A stretch of 63,936 bases of DNA, counting the filler, from Porpidia crustulata (Eukaryota), in the NCBI GenBank assembly GCA_964255105.1. It is 3 parts of 3 records of this genome, joined end to end, with 100 filler letters (N's around TTAATTAATTAA, not from the genome) between each part and the next. Parts side by side here need not be neighbours in the genome. Positions count along the whole stretch, not along the records: positions 23,815 to 47,516 come from CAXUWE010000072.1; positions 47,617 to 63,936 come from CAXUWE010000261.1; 1 more part is not named here. One strand, 5' to 3'. The notes under the pieces are model-generated. The model did not search any database and was not told where the DNA came from. It saw only the letters and a list, made by a program, of their open reading frames with translations. Of the stretch, positions 37,600 through 51,693 are shown piece after piece. The position numbers were made by a program, and so were the translations under genes. Every line of letters starts with the position of its first letter. The first letter of the stretch is position 1.

Positions 37600-39298
37600 A
37601 TGGGGTTGGGCGAAAAGCCCCGGCGCACGACCGCAGACACCTGGTATGGCTGGTCTTTGAAGAACATCTCTTTGATTACAGTAAGTACCATGTGGTATCC
37701 TTTTGCAGTGGAAAGTTCTTGGTTTACAGAGGGAGCTGACTTAAGATGCGCCAGCTCACGATTCAAAATTCGGCGCTCATTCTCGTATGATCACGCCCTC
37801 CTACAGTCTTCGCAATGGCTTGCTGTTAGAAAAGCACAGACGTTTCTAATGGCTGGACTAGATCCTCCACTATTCTCGGATTATGCCGCTGGTTGGCGGG
37901 CATAGATATTTCACATCCACCGCAGGTAAGCAAGTAGCAGTCAACAATCACCATGCGAAGGCGTTCTCAGATGGTGGAAGGCTTTTCAAAGTTACAATGC
38001 TTCTCCAACACATTTTACGGCTCTACGTGTCTGCTGTAGGAATGTGTATGCTAACTTGGAAACCTGACAGTGTTCCTTAATGAAGTCCTCAAGCTTACTG
38101 TGTGCTTAACGGCTGCCCTCTACGAAATGTCACGAACAATCTCCCCTTCGATGCCTGCGACTTCTCTGTTCAGTGGTGTAATGAGTGCAGTTTTTACAGG
38201 AGATAGTTGGAAGCTGGCGATACCGGCGGTCCTCTACGTGATGCAAAATTCTTTGCAATACGTTGCCATATCCAACCTCGACACGGCAACTTTTCAGGTT
38301 ACGTATCAATTCAAGACCCTACCGACTGCGATATTTAGTGTTGTACTTCTGAAACGAAGTTTATCTATCCGAAAGTGGGTCGCCCTTGGCCTTTTGATGA
38401 TTGGGGTAGCTATCGTACAAATACCAACTACAGAATCAGAGGCCTTTGCTTCTATCAAAACTGCCCATCATGGAATATTTCTTCCAAGGTCAATGCACGG
38501 ATGGCGCAACCTTGGTAGCACTCTATCTAAGCGGTCTGCAACTTACGAAGGTATTGAGGAGGATGACATACTGGCAAATCCACATATGAATGCGTCACTT
38601 GGCCTAAGTGCTGCTCTGCTTGGGTGTGTTTTATCTGCCGCCGGCTCTGTATACTTCGAGAAAATTTTGAAGGAGTCGGAGATCCATGTTTCGCTATGGG
38701 TTCGGAACGTCCAATTGGCTTTCTATTCTCTTTTCCCGTCGTTCTTCATTGGAGTCCTGTTCGTGGATGGAGAGCATATTGCAAGGAGTGGCTTTTTCGT
38801 TGGATACAACTGGGTTGTGTGGACAACAATTGCCGTTCAGGCGGTTGGCGGAATCGTTGTCTCTCTTTGCCTCAATTACGCGGACAATATCTCGAAGAGC
38901 TTCGCAATGAGTCTTAGTATCCTGCTAAGTCTGTGCGCAAGTATCTGGTTTTTCGAGTTCAGAGTAACCGCAAATGTAAGCATAGCAATGACGAGGAAGC
39001 CTAGGCTCTACTGACCATCGCTGAACAGTTTCTTATCGGTACCTCTGTCGTGCTATTTGCAACATACCTCTATAATAGCCAAGATCGTATAGCACGTCCG
39101 CCACCAATACAGATACACGGCTACGAAAAGACTATAATTGACCCCCGTTCTGCACGTGGAAAGGACACTCTCATCAAGCTACCAACTACACCGTTGAAGA
39201 ACGAAGGTCTCTCCACGTCTAGGCCTGGTTCACCAGTCCTTCACCACGCAAGGACTGGATCTTCTAGAGGATACTTTGGGAAGCATAGGGATGCGTAG
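37600..39298 (+). CDS. Golgi nucleotide-sugar (UDP-galactose) transporter, SLC35A/Gms1 family
   Basis: TIQNSALILILHYSR, STAVFLNEVLK, WKLAIPAVLY..QNSLQY, FQVTYQFK, VYFEKILK, SLWVRNVQL and YADNISKSFA motifs. Four introns. Confidence 0.9.
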
Positions 39299-39742
39299 AG
39301 TAACGGTTTACTTCTTTGCAAACGATGTGCATAGTTACTGGGTTTTTATAGCATTTTGGAGATGATGGCATACACGATGGTGCCCCGGAAGTTTCCCAAC
39401 CCTGGGAGGCAATTTGCTCTTGATGCGGGCGTTTGAACGACAGCAATATCACATTTGAAGGCAAGTATGGTCCAGTGGATAGCGAATGTCCTTATGCAAG
39501 TCGATGAGTCTCAATTTCAAGTGTAAAAGCTCAATTCCTCCAATTCCTTAGAGAGTCATGTAATTATCGAAAGATTCGCTTAGTTCGGATATTCCAGAGC
39601 AGTCCATACTTACCAGCATCCATTACAACAATTTCTCTCATTCGGGCAGTTTGCTTCCCTATACGTACAACAAGATAGCGCAGACTTCTACTCCGGCTGT
39701 CTTTCATTCTTGGGCATAGGCCCATATTCATTTTTGACCGTC

Positions 39743-42700
39743 ATGGACAGCGACGAGTCCAACGTTGACATATTTCTCCGTGAGGTGACAGATTACCCCA
39801 GCAATGAGATTTCATCTCGCAATACCCACGAAAGGCCATACAGTCGACCAATGCTTGCGAACTCTCACAGCCCTCCAGCAAATCTCTATCAGACTCAAGC
39901 ACTGCCTCAGTATCAACTGAACTACGCACCACCTCTCTTCCAAGCCCAAGCTTCACAACTTTCGGTTCCACATGCGTACGACAGGCAGGATGCTCGACTG
40001 GCATTGCACGGTAAGCTGTATAAATTGGCTCTCCATACTTTTATCACTGATGTATTGCAGATCACCATCAAGTTGCAGGCGCTCAAGGCCTTGTAGATGG
40101 CATGAGCCGAAATAACCAATCACAAAGCTCCCAATTTTTCCCCAGCGAAGCCTCGTATTCCTCGAACCTCGCAGTTCAACGGGAGCCCCCAGATTCTCGC
40201 AGAGGTCAGTCGATGGTATTGGAGTCGCCTAAGCTTTCACTGAGGTTATTAGTACCACCGCCTTTGGAAAAGCCCAGGATCAGTCTACGTAGGTTGTTCT
40301 TATAATCTAGCTTCGTACTTGAAGTTAACATTGAACAGCTCGCAATCTATTCACACCGCCTCCTCGCCAGCTGGCTCCTCGTTCATCCCCATCTGCTCGT
40401 CTTCCGTCCAGCCCAACTGTCGCTGTCAGTCAACGGCGAGCGTTCCAAGATTACTATCGCAACGAGTCTAAAGCTCGTCAAGAGCAACCGTCTCCTCCTT
40501 GTCCTTCACCCACACGGCCCCATCCAAGGGCTTTACTAAAGAATAGATACCATCACGAGACTCCGAATACTTTGAGTGAAAGTGAGCACGGATTGATTCG
40601 AACACGTCATGAGCCTTCGGCTCCTTCGCAAGTAGCGCCTTATGCAAATAATAACAATAGTGTAATTGCTCTCAGCCATGCTCCACCAACGGTGCAGGGC
40701 ATCCAGCTCGTTTCTCCCAACGAAATGCCTGATCGTTTCCGATCAGTCTTTCCTTTCCCACTATTCAATGCTGTTCAGTCAAGATGCTATGGTACCATAT
40801 ACAAATCCAGTGAGAATCTTGTGCTTTCTGCGCCAACAGGCAGCGGCAAGACGGCAGTTCTAGAGTTGGCCATCTGCCAATTGGTCTCCACCCTCAAGAA
40901 TGACCAATTCAAGATCGTATATATGGCTCCTACAAAGTCACTCTGTTCGGAAAGGCAGAGAGATTGGCAAGCAAAATTTTCATCGCTCGGCTTGCTCTCT
41001 GCAGAACTGACTGGAGACACCGATCAAAATCAGCTTCGGGCCGTTCAGAATGCAAGTATCATTATCACAACGCCAGAAAAATGGGACAGTATGACAAGGA
41101 AATGGAAGGACCATGCAAAGCTCATGCAACTAGTTAAGCTTTTCCTCATCGATGAAGTACATATACTGAAAGATGCACGCGGTGCTACCCTTGAGGCGGT
41201 TGTGTCTCGTATGAAATCTGTGGGGTCCCACGTACGATTTGTAGCATTAAGTGCCACGGTTCCTAATTCTGAAGATATCGCGGCTTGGCTTGGAAGAGAC
41301 CCCATCAGGCAGCATTTACCCGCCCACCGAGAAAAGTTTGGAGAAGAATTTAGGCCAGTCAAACTCCAAAAATTTGTCTACGGTATACCCTACACGGGAA
41401 ATGACTTTGGATTCGATAGGGTTTGTGATCCAAAGTAAGTTGTGGATATTCTACCTGGTCCTGAATCGAGTGACTGCTCAACGCAAATAGGCTGCCTGAA
41501 ATTATTGCGAAGCACTCTCAGAACAAACCTCTCATGATATTCTGCATGACGAGAAAATCAACTGTCACTACAGCAAAGGCTCTTGCCAACCTATGGGCTA
41601 CAAAAGGGATTCAAGCTCGCCATTGGCCAGGACCAAGCCAAAGAATTACTGTACACGATCCAGACCTCAAAGGTTAGGTTAAATCCCCATACGAGACCTC
41701 ACGCACTGACCATACCATTCAGAAACGATAACTTCGGCCGTGGCCTTTCATCATGCTGGGCTTGATATCTCCGACAGACAAGCTGTCGAAAAGGGGTTTC
41801 TGGAGGGCCATGTCAATGTAATCTGCTGCACGTCAACGTTAGCTGTAGGAGTCAACTTGCCGTGCCATTTCGTCATTTTGAAGGGAACTGTAACCTTCTC
41901 GGAAGAAGGTCTAAAGGAGTATGCAGATCTCGAGATGATGCAGATGCTTGGGCGTGCAGGAAGGTACCAAGTCTCAACTGCTTAGGGCGCGCCGGTACTT
42001 ACAACAAGTAGACCTCAATTCGAGGACAGTGCGATAGCCGTGATCATTACAAAACAAGACAAGGTCAAGAAATACGAAGCGATGGTTTCAGGGGAGCAGT
42101 TGCTGGAAAGCTGGTCTGTACATCCGAAACGGAATCTCACCAGAGCTAATAATGTGTCAGCCTTCATTTGAATCTCATTGACCATCTTGTATGTGCTATC
42201 CAACTGAATATTTGTTTTACTTATTCAGGCTAACACTACCTACAAGAATGCCGAAATCGGGCTTGGGACAGTTTACGATATTCGTTCGGCTAAGAAGTGG
42301 CTTGCAGGGACGTTCCTCTCTGTCCGTCTTGAAAAGAATCCAAATTATTACAAGCTCGATGGCGATGCTCCGGAGCATGATCTGGATCTTAGGATCGAGC
42401 GAATTTGCAAAAGGGACATCGGCCTTCTACAAGCAACCGACCTGATCACTTCTGCCGACAGATTGAGCTCTACGGAATTTGGAGATGCAATGGCTCGCTA
42501 CTATGTCAAATTCGAGACAATGCAGGGTCTTTTGAGCCTCACGCCTCGCTCTAAGATGTCTGATATTGTGGGTTTTCCAGTCTTAGATGATCGCATAGGC
42601 TCACCTGTTGCAGTTATCTGCCCTGGCTGGAGCTGAAGAATTCCGTGACGTCCGGCTTCGAGGTAACGAAAGGAAGCTATTTAAGGAAATCAACAACGCC

Positions 42701-45161
42701 GATGGGATCAAATATCCAATCAAGGTTAATCTCGCTCTTTCAGCACATAAACGGACTCTTATTATTCAAGCCGAGCTTGGAGGCGTAGAATATCCCACAG
42801 ATGAGCAATACGTCAAGCACAGAAAGCAATTCAACCAGGACAAAGCAATCATCTTTTCGCAGATCCATCGTCTCATACGGTGCGTTATCGACTGCCAGAT
42901 ATATCTTCAAGATGCAGTAACCGTGAGACATGCCCTGGAGCTTGCTCGAAGCTTTGGTGCCCGCGTCTGGGATAATTCACCTTATCAGCTGAAGCAAATA
43001 CCGCAGATCGGACCGGTAGCTATTCGTAAACTTGCAACAGGGGGTATCAATAGTATTGAAGCTTTGGAAGCGGCGGAGCCACATCGTATTGAGATGCTGA
43101 CTAGCAAGAATCCTCCATTTGGGAACAAGATCTTAGCAAGCCTAAAGGATTTCCCAAAGCTGCGGGTCTCTATAAAGATGATGAGCAAGGTGGGTGGCAG
43201 TTATTCCAGAGTCCATGCGGGGAGTGCTGAAAGCTACCTATAGGATGTTAAAGCAGGGCATTCAGTAAAGGTCCGAGTCAAGGCTGAGTGTGGATTCATG
43301 AATGAAAGGGTACCGATGACATTTCTAAGGAAGCCAATATACGTTTGCTTTTTGGTAGAAAGATCCGACGGTCGCCTTGTCGATTTCCGACGTATCAGGT
43401 ACGATCAAGCAACCTTCGACTTCCAAATACTGACCATTTCAAGCTCGAGAAAGCTGAACAATGGTCAAGAAATCCTTTTGACCGTGGAGTTGCTCAGCAA
43501 TACTCAATACATCACTTCCTACGTCATGTGCGACGAGATTGGTAAGCTTCTCCCGCTGCAGGCGTGGGTTGGTCTCCCTACTGAATTTCAGCGAAGCTGG
43601 TACAATGCGATACGCCGAGTTGAGATTTGATTTACCGGCGTCCTTATTTCCCCCTGCGCCAGCCCCACAACTCTTAGACCAGCCAGGAACGTACGGATCT
43701 CACAATATCATTTCACAGAAACGTACAAATGGTAGGAGTGGTGGGAAAGCCAACGATAATGGTGGCGACGAGTTTTCGGACGATGGTTTGGACGATCAAG
43801 ATTTGCTAAATGCGGGTTAGTTCATACTAGTCTATGCAAAAAGGGCGAGGCTAATGGTATTAGCCGACGAAGATAACTTTCATCATATTGATACATTTGA
43901 CCGGAGGTCGGCGATCACGTCCGATCAAGTATTTCGAGACACCGGTGGCGACGACGAGAGCTTGTGGACTCCGAAGCAACTCGAGAGCGGAAAATGGGCA
44001 TGTAACCACAAATGCAAGGATAAGACAGCGTAGGTTGACTTCCGTTTAGGTGACGTATCTGCTGACAGAGGTAGTTGTAAGCATTTGTGCTGCCACGATG
44101 GGGTGGACAAGCCCCCGAAGCCTCCAAAGAATCTCACACTATCTGGTCCCACTCCCATAACCAACAATGCTAGCAACCAGAAAAGCTCCAGAACTCCGCA
44201 AATGATCCAAAAAAAGCTTCCATTAGGCAAACTGAGTAAGCCTGGCCCCCTTTCAAGAATCCAAGGTATAGACTTAGCGCAAGACGGAGCTCGCAACGAC
44301 TATGCAAGATTTGGCCCTCGAGACTACAGAAAATTACATCAACTCCATGAGAGGGTTACTAAAGCATCTCCAATCCCAACAGTTGGTCGCACTGAGCCAT
44401 CGCATTCCTTACCTAAGAGCGAGCATTCCTTTCTCGGCCAAGCAGCTAACCTGGTGAGCTCACATGAAAAGATATCCAGTGATTACGACGACAGCTGGAT
44501 GGACGATCTTCCTTCACCATCTGTGCTTCTGGGATCGAATGCTTGTGTCCAAATAGCTGCTGCTAGAGACTCCACTAATGCTGCTGATAGTCTAGTCTTT
44601 GATGAGAATATCTCGGACATCGAGGCTGATATGGTTGGGTTGAGTGATTCGTTTTCTTTAAAGGAAAATTCAGCAGGACAGCATAATAATAATGCTACCT
44701 CTGGCGCGGAAGAAAAATTCGAGACCAGCACTCGTGGCCTGGAGTACGACGACATTGTCTGGAGCGTTCCGAGCTCAAATTCTCCACCACGGGTCAACGT
44801 CCAGCACTGTGTACAACAGCAGGCGAATTACACCATGTCACTAGGGAGCTCCGAAAAGTCAAGCCCACTTTTCATGAAACGGAAAGCAGCCACATTGTCA
44901 GTGGATGATGATTTCCCATCATCACCACCTCTAGTATCGTCGAAGAAGCCCAAAGTCGACGAAGTAAAAGTTGCTCGCGCACAATCCCCGACTGACGTCA
45001 CCCAAGTCTCCACAGCGGACTTGTCTCTTCCTTCTCCAACCACTGTGAAGACTACGGGGTCACCCTCGATACCAACGATCAAGGCAGGGCACCCGGCCTG
45101 GGTGTATGATCTTGACCCTGTATTCGTTGCTGAATATGAAGACTATGTGGAATTTGTGTAA
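39743..45161 (+). CDS. MER3: Meiotic DExH DNA helicase Mer3/HFM1 (ZMM group)
   Basis: SAPTGSGKT, DEVH, ALSAT, AFHHAGL, TSTLAVGVNLP and QMLGRAGRPQF motifs, a Sec63 domain and the C-terminal zinc site CNHKCKDKT.CKHLCC typical of Mer3. The N-terminal exons are less certain. Confidence 0.92.
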
Positions 45162-45717
45162 ATTATGGCAGTTCAATGTTTGCTTTTAATTTTGCTCGAG
45201 GTATTGTTATCTTCTCATTCAAGATACCATGTGGCTTGTGGATTTGTGTTCAGCTTTGGTGTACCTAGCTCGCTTGCTTATCAACATATAGTCCTCGACA
45301 GCCTCATTTGGTGCATTTCAACCTCGCGCTATGTGAACTGCAAATATCCAGAATGCTTCAGTGCCAACAAATCTAAATCTACATTCCAGTAATATCACTT
45401 AGCCCCCAAAGTCTCTAAGTTGGACTATAGACAATGTTCATGCCTCATAGGGTATAGTAGGTGCCAATTCTGTTGATTCCCAGACAAGATTCTTTCTGAT
45501 CGAATTGATCACGTTTGTCAACTGGTAGCTGCATAAGACTCGGGCATATCGCGGCAAACACCCTAACCTTCCTCTTATTGACGGTTGTGACCATAAGTGC
45601 TTCGGAAAGTTTCTCTCAACACTTACAGTGAGTCACTCACGCATCAATTGGAAAATTTTCGTCAGGCCGTGGTCCCTGAGGAAGACATTATCTGCTCAAA
45701 GTCCATCACAAGTCAGG

Positions 45718-47516
45718 ATGGGAAGGCTTAACTACACGAATGTAAGAGCTACTGCTGCTTACTACATGCATCAGCAGAACAGTGAATAATATACGAAACA
45801 GCGGAAGAGTGAGGGGTTGAAGCTTGGGCAAGTTGTAGCAAAGGACTTGGTTAGAGAGACCATTGTCTAGCAAGAGAGTAAAGACTAAGGCATGAGCAGT
45901 TGAAACGAATCCCGCCATGCGTAGGCTCCAAAGCTGCGTTTAGAGACCCTGTCGTGGAATTAGATGTCTCCGGGAGAGCTTTGACAAGTGAAGGTTTCCT
46001 TGAGGTCGCCAGAGCATTGGTCAAATCAATCGCATACAGTGGCGATCACGGCAGAGTCGTAAGACTGGAAGAGATCTGCTTAAGACAGAACAAAATCAAC
46101 GCAAGGTGTCTGAAAGCTTTGGGTGAAGTTGTCAAATCGGCCGCAGGCGACCTTCGAGACTTAGATCTGTCCGACAACTTTCTGACAATCACGACGGATG
46201 AGGAGGTGATCGCATGGGAAGACTTTCTTACGTCTTTCTCTAGGTGTTGTGTGCTGAGGAGGATAGATTTAACTGGCAATGCACTGGGCCCTAGAGCGTT
46301 TGAAGTGCTGACAAGAGTTTACGGAAGAGAACCACCAGTCGATCTTGTGTCATTAGAAGAAGCGGATCCAAGCGTACACCATGACGTTTCTGGCATAGGA
46401 ATTATGCTCTCCGACTCGGTTTCGCTCGAGCAGCAAATCAGAGCATCGAGCATCATGTCGGAATCAGATGTATACACCGATGGCGATAAAGCTACTCGCG
46501 CAATACCAGAAGAATCGAAACGCTCACGCCATGGTTTGTTTACATCTTTCAGTATTCGCAGCTGATTCAGCTGAATATGGAATGGCAGATTGTAGGTCGA
46601 CTGACAAAGGCGTAGCGCACGCGGAATTCCAGCTCTTTTACGCCTCCACGCGTGGCTTGCGTTCTATTCCATATCTTATATTGTCTAATACGGCAATGAC
46701 GGATACTTGCGCGCTGCATCTTTCCTACCTAGTCGTAAACCACAGCAGCCCAAGACAGCTACTCAGTCGCGTGCCTCCAGCAAAGGCTGGTCCCCCTATG
46801 CAGCAATTATCGGCGTATGATGACGAAGATCATTGTCGAGGTATTATTTACTTCCCAAATACAGACTTGGGTAACGCGGGAATGAAAATTTTAGAGCTAT
46901 CTGAAATATTGCGGAGGTACATTGCAGAAGAGTTGGCTAAGGAGGGACCGTCTTCACCTACGCCAGCCCAGGGCTCATTTCTGGTCAATGACATGGCAAG
47001 GCGGGCTTCTGAAGCTCATGTGAGCTCCGGATCCAGTGCAGCTGCCAATCGACGACGTAGCACGCCTACAATCATACGCAGCCAGCATCGGGGACAAGAT
47101 AAGACGCATGTGATAAGCCTCGAACTGGAGAAAGCAAGACATCGGGTCCAAGGAGATACCCTGCGAGACGCTGGGCAGCAAAGTAACCATCTCTGGCGAT
47201 CTTCATTAAAAGTGCTATCTTTAAGTCAGGCAATCTACCTAGCGCCAAGGAAAGAGAGGCAAGAACGATCCCAGTATCGAGTGAAGTATGTGGAAGGTGT
47301 TCAGCCGTCCGTATCGCCAGAGAGACCTTATCTAAAAAGCAAACACTCGGATGATGACTTTCATTTCCCCGCGCTGCCAAATCCTCTATCAAAACCGCTT
47401 AGAGCTCTCACGACAACAACGGCTCTTGCACCAGGGAACCCAAATCAACCACTCAATCGGAAATTTCATCACGTCGGAAAAGACAAAATTACCTTCCTCA
47501 CCCCTGTTTCTTCGGC
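45718..47516 (+). CDS. Leucine-rich-repeat (RNI-like) protein, 3' end lost in the assembly gap
   Basis: Start MGRLNY, then LDVSGRAL, LEEICLRQNKI, LRDLDLSDN and LRRIDLTGNALG repeats. The ORF runs open into the N-run. Confidence 0.75.
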
Positions 47517-47616
47517 NNNNNNNNNNNNNNNNNNNNNNNNNNNNNNNNNNNNNNNNNNNNTTAATTAATTAANNNNNNNNNNNNNNNNNNNNNNNNNNNN
47601 NNNNNNNNNNNNNNNN
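47517..47616. other. Assembly gap / artificial linker (N44-TTAATTAATTAA-N44)
   Basis: Identical in layout to 23715-23814. Confidence 0.97.
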
Positions 47617-48586
47617 CCCAAAAACCCCCAGCCAGCGCAAAAACCACTTACATCCCATCACTCCCGAGCGTCCAGTCGCTCGCCCCAAACCGTCTCAGCT
47701 AAGTACGACGAGCACAACCTCACGCGCCTGCCCTTTAAAGCAACCGAATCACCGCGCGGATCCATCTTTCCGATCCTCAAGGACGCATACGATTTTATCG
47801 ATACCGCCCCTACTGCCAGAAAAATGCATAACTTGTCCACCGCAAAGCCGGCAGCAACCGCTCTGGCGCTGTACTCACTGCTCGTGACGATTTCCCCCTT
47901 TTCCTGCTTCCCCCTCCCCACCAACAAGGGGTTCTCTTAAATGACAGCAACCACGAAAGATAGAACGCTCCGAGGCTCTGGCACTGGCGCACGAGAAGAG
48001 AAGGATTATGCTTCTAGAAGATACTTTTATAGACTGGCTTTGGAGCGGGGAAGTATGTGGCTATGATCCGTTTCAAGGGCGTGAATAGAATCGGGCAAGA
48101 TGAAGGGGCGGATCAGGTCCTGGAAGGTAATGCAGGCTAGGTTGTTGGAAACGAAGAAGTATGTAAGGAACAAAGCTATGCTGTGAGGATTGACCTTAAG
48201 ACATAACCAGCCTTCGGTCAAGAAACTCATAAACGTGCGCGCAAGACGATCAACCTGCCGCACCAGCGGCTATGCCAAATAACACTACGATTGTTGTATA
48301 ACATGTATCAAGAAACATTTTCCAACTTCCGTTCTGCCTAATAAGGACACAAAACCTCCACTCTCACACTTCCAGAGTAACTCAGCATCGTATCACGTGC
48401 TCAATACCCGCATAAACGCATGCGAGTAAGCCAACAAGGAAAGAAAAATTCACGCCAACCGAAGGGTGATTTTCCTTTGAAAAAATCATGGCCAGCAGTG
48501 CAATGTCCAATTCTTAGGGGTCTCCTAGCACCATCCCAACCACCCCAACATCAGGCCACTGGATTAACACGACCCTCCAGCTCAGC

Positions 48587-50523
48587 TCAGCCCGAACTCT
48601 CAGAAACGTTCCTCCGACTCAGAGTCGTACTGCAGTCGACGACACCATATTGTGAACCCGTGCTCGTAATTCTGGAACGAGAGATGACTGGAAGAGCTGG
48701 AATGGTCATCTCATCTTCCTTGCGATGATCATTGGTATTGGTGCCGCCGAGTGAATCATCCCGTACACGGGCAGGCGGTATAATTGGGACCCTTTCTAGC
48801 GATGGCAAAGCACCGTCGAGTTGTGGCCGTTTCTTGGTCAATTTTCGCGGACTGGCTCCTTTCTCGGCCTGGTCGCTGGTAGAGGCCTTGCGCGCTTTGG
48901 AAGCTAGGAAAAAGCGAGTCCAGCGCTTCTTGGCAGTGGTATTAGATGACTTCTCTGGCATCTTCTGATCGTGCTGTCCTCGGAATTTCCTCGACCTTCG
49001 CCATCGCTGGAGCATGACCAGGCCAATAGCTGAAAGGACTAGGAATACAAACATGCCACAGACGGTGTATATAGCGATTTGTTCCTTGGTGACTGATTGT
49101 CGACAATGTTGCGCAAGCATTTTCTTATTTGGTGGCAAGCACATTCGGCAATTATGCCTCGTAACCCTGTCTAAGTTGCTCAAGTCTCCCCGGCACACTT
49201 TCTCCAGATCCCTTCGATCTTTTGTGTCACCACAAGCATCTCTCATACAATTCTGATTCTCTTCCGTTACCCATCTCAGCGTTCGAGGAGCCAAGGAATT
49301 GCGGATCTTACCGATCTGCGAAAGGGTTTTGGGGAGATAGTCCACGACTGAAGCAATCGTCTTAATATGTGGAAATTGCATGTCTGCTTGAGCCACTGGC
49401 CTTCGAGCCTGATCTCTACCATCGCAGATCCCGAGGTTCTTCGCTAAAGGGAGAGACGTTGGTACGATGTAGAATCCAGGAGCATCAGTAGAGCTACTTT
49501 GAATTTCGAGATGCTCGTCTACATCTGACGATAGTGTCTCCAAATCCACGGCCTGAGCGACAGGTTGGCTCAAGGTTAAGACCGTTAAACTTCGGTCCGA
49601 CAATTCCTGACTATCATCCAAATCAGGTTCTATGAGTTCTTCCGGTCCAACTTGATGTTGCGTGAGTTCGAAAGGATTATCAGGGCCCCTTAGTGTATCG
49701 GAAATCAAAGAGTCTTGGAAATCTAGGCACTGGCAATTTCCAATGCCCTGATTAGTACTGACTTTTATCGCACATGAGAATTCGAACAGGGCGTCATTCC
49801 TAGGAATGATATCAGCCTGGCATGGACGATAATGGCCATATGAATGGTCGAGAGCGATGACCAAGCACCTGTCCTTTACCAAGGTGGTCTCTTCTACCGG
49901 ACAAAAACAACCCTGGCCAGAATGGGCTTTACTATCAATGCACATCACGTTATTGCCGACCAGGGAACTTGGATCTAGATCAACTAAGTCGGGGTATATG
50001 ATCCGGCAACCATCGATGACATGCAGATCTGCGGTCCCCTTAGCTGATCCTTGATGTTAATTGGCTACTACTTACCACAGAACTGCCTCAGTGTATCGTT
50101 ATAGGGGGAGCTCGATTGCAGGACCTTGACTTGGACTGAATCCGAACCTATCGAAACAAGCGAATACCATTCATGCTGATAAAGGCGTTGTGGAAATAAG
50201 TCAAAATAAGATGCATCGCCGAAAAGGACGAACATAAGCACGCCAAAGAGGATGATGGACAAGACGAAGCAATTGAGTGACCAGCACAAGCGATGGAACT
50301 GGCTGTGAGACGGACTGCGCGTCCTTCTCCGATGCCGGGCAGGTCTCCTACGCTGCTCTCGGGCTCGGCTATCGGCAACATCATTACCGTCATTTGGCAG
50401 CTCGCCAGCACCATCGTACCCCGGAGGTCGAGGTTGTGTCCGACCATCTGTATCGAGATTCTGCATCTCGTGGCCATCATGTGATGAGTCTCTCACTGGT
50501 GAGGGTAACACAAAGCGCACCAT
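48587..50523 (-). CDS. Hypothetical two-TM membrane protein with a large Cys-rich luminal/extracellular loop
   Basis: Two ORFs joined in frame by a GTAAGT..GCTAAG..CAG intron at about 50029-50075. TM1 CFVLSIILFGVLMFVLF, and TM2 IAIYTVCGMFVFLVLSAIGLVML followed by basic residues. Confidence 0.7.
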
Positions 50524-51693
50524 CGCGCACACTGGTCAAGGCTGACTGTCTTTGATAGCCTATGATATTTGAAAGATGAGATATCAGTATGAAGTGTAGA
50601 AATGTTGGATTGGAGATGTGTGCTGCTACAAGCTTATCGGACTGCTGAGAATTAGGGAACCTGGAGTTCTGAGAAAATATCGAGAAACAAGTTTACAAGC
50701 GGGAAGGAGCAGTGGAAAGGTTGGAAGGTGCTCTCGAACAGTAGAGTACTAAGGAGAGAACGTAACCCATGCATAAGGGCAAACACCCATTCATATCGAT
50801 TGGTCTTGGTGGTTTAAGGAGCACCTCTCCACCATCAAGTCTTGTCCATCGCACCAAATCAAAACTTGATGTGCTTGGTGAACGAACTTTGATATGCTGA
50901 CATTATTTACATCTTCTATCATTTATCATGATAGTTTTCAAGGGCTCCTAAAAAAGCAGCAGCAAAGTCTCGTAGGCCAGCTTGAATTACTAGGCCGAAT
51001 TGCGGTAGTAGAGCTGCAGTGCCTATGATTCTAGAGTACAGCACCCCACGAGGCAGTGGAGTCATGTCAACACATCGCTATTTTGCCCTATTATTCGACA
51101 GGAGACCTGCACTGTTTGGCATTCTTCGCTGTCTGTGAAGCTGACACGCGTAACGTCTGTATGCGCTTCATCGATTGGCAATTGACAGATCAGTGTAGAT
51201 CTGAAGCCCTAGATACCGTGATACCTTACTAGAAAGAGTAAAAGTCACTGAAGACCAAAGCTCAGAATCTCGATACGATGTACTAGTTCATCGGATTCAG
51301 CATGAAGTTATGGCACTGAAATAGATGCCCGCCATTTATTGAGCCAGAGTACAGCTTTGAGTCTTTCTGCCTGGAGAAAGGCTCCGAGCACTGTTCTAGT
51401 GGACCATTATTCGCAAAAACTGTTTACGTTGAGATCATTTTCTGTGGCAGCTCCACCGAGAGGTTATAACCCTCAAAGCAAGTCAAAATGGTTGGTGGGA
51501 AAGCTGAGCCGAAAAATGGACGCTGTCTCCAAAATTCAAACGCCTTCAAATGCTGATCCCGTACATACGCTAAATGCAACGTCAAAACTCCATATCACTT
51601 CTGCGCAGGATTGACATATCAGGCTGAATCGCTTAATGACCCGATCAAGGCATCGCACACCGATGAGACACGTAATACTAATTTCTGGGCTCA

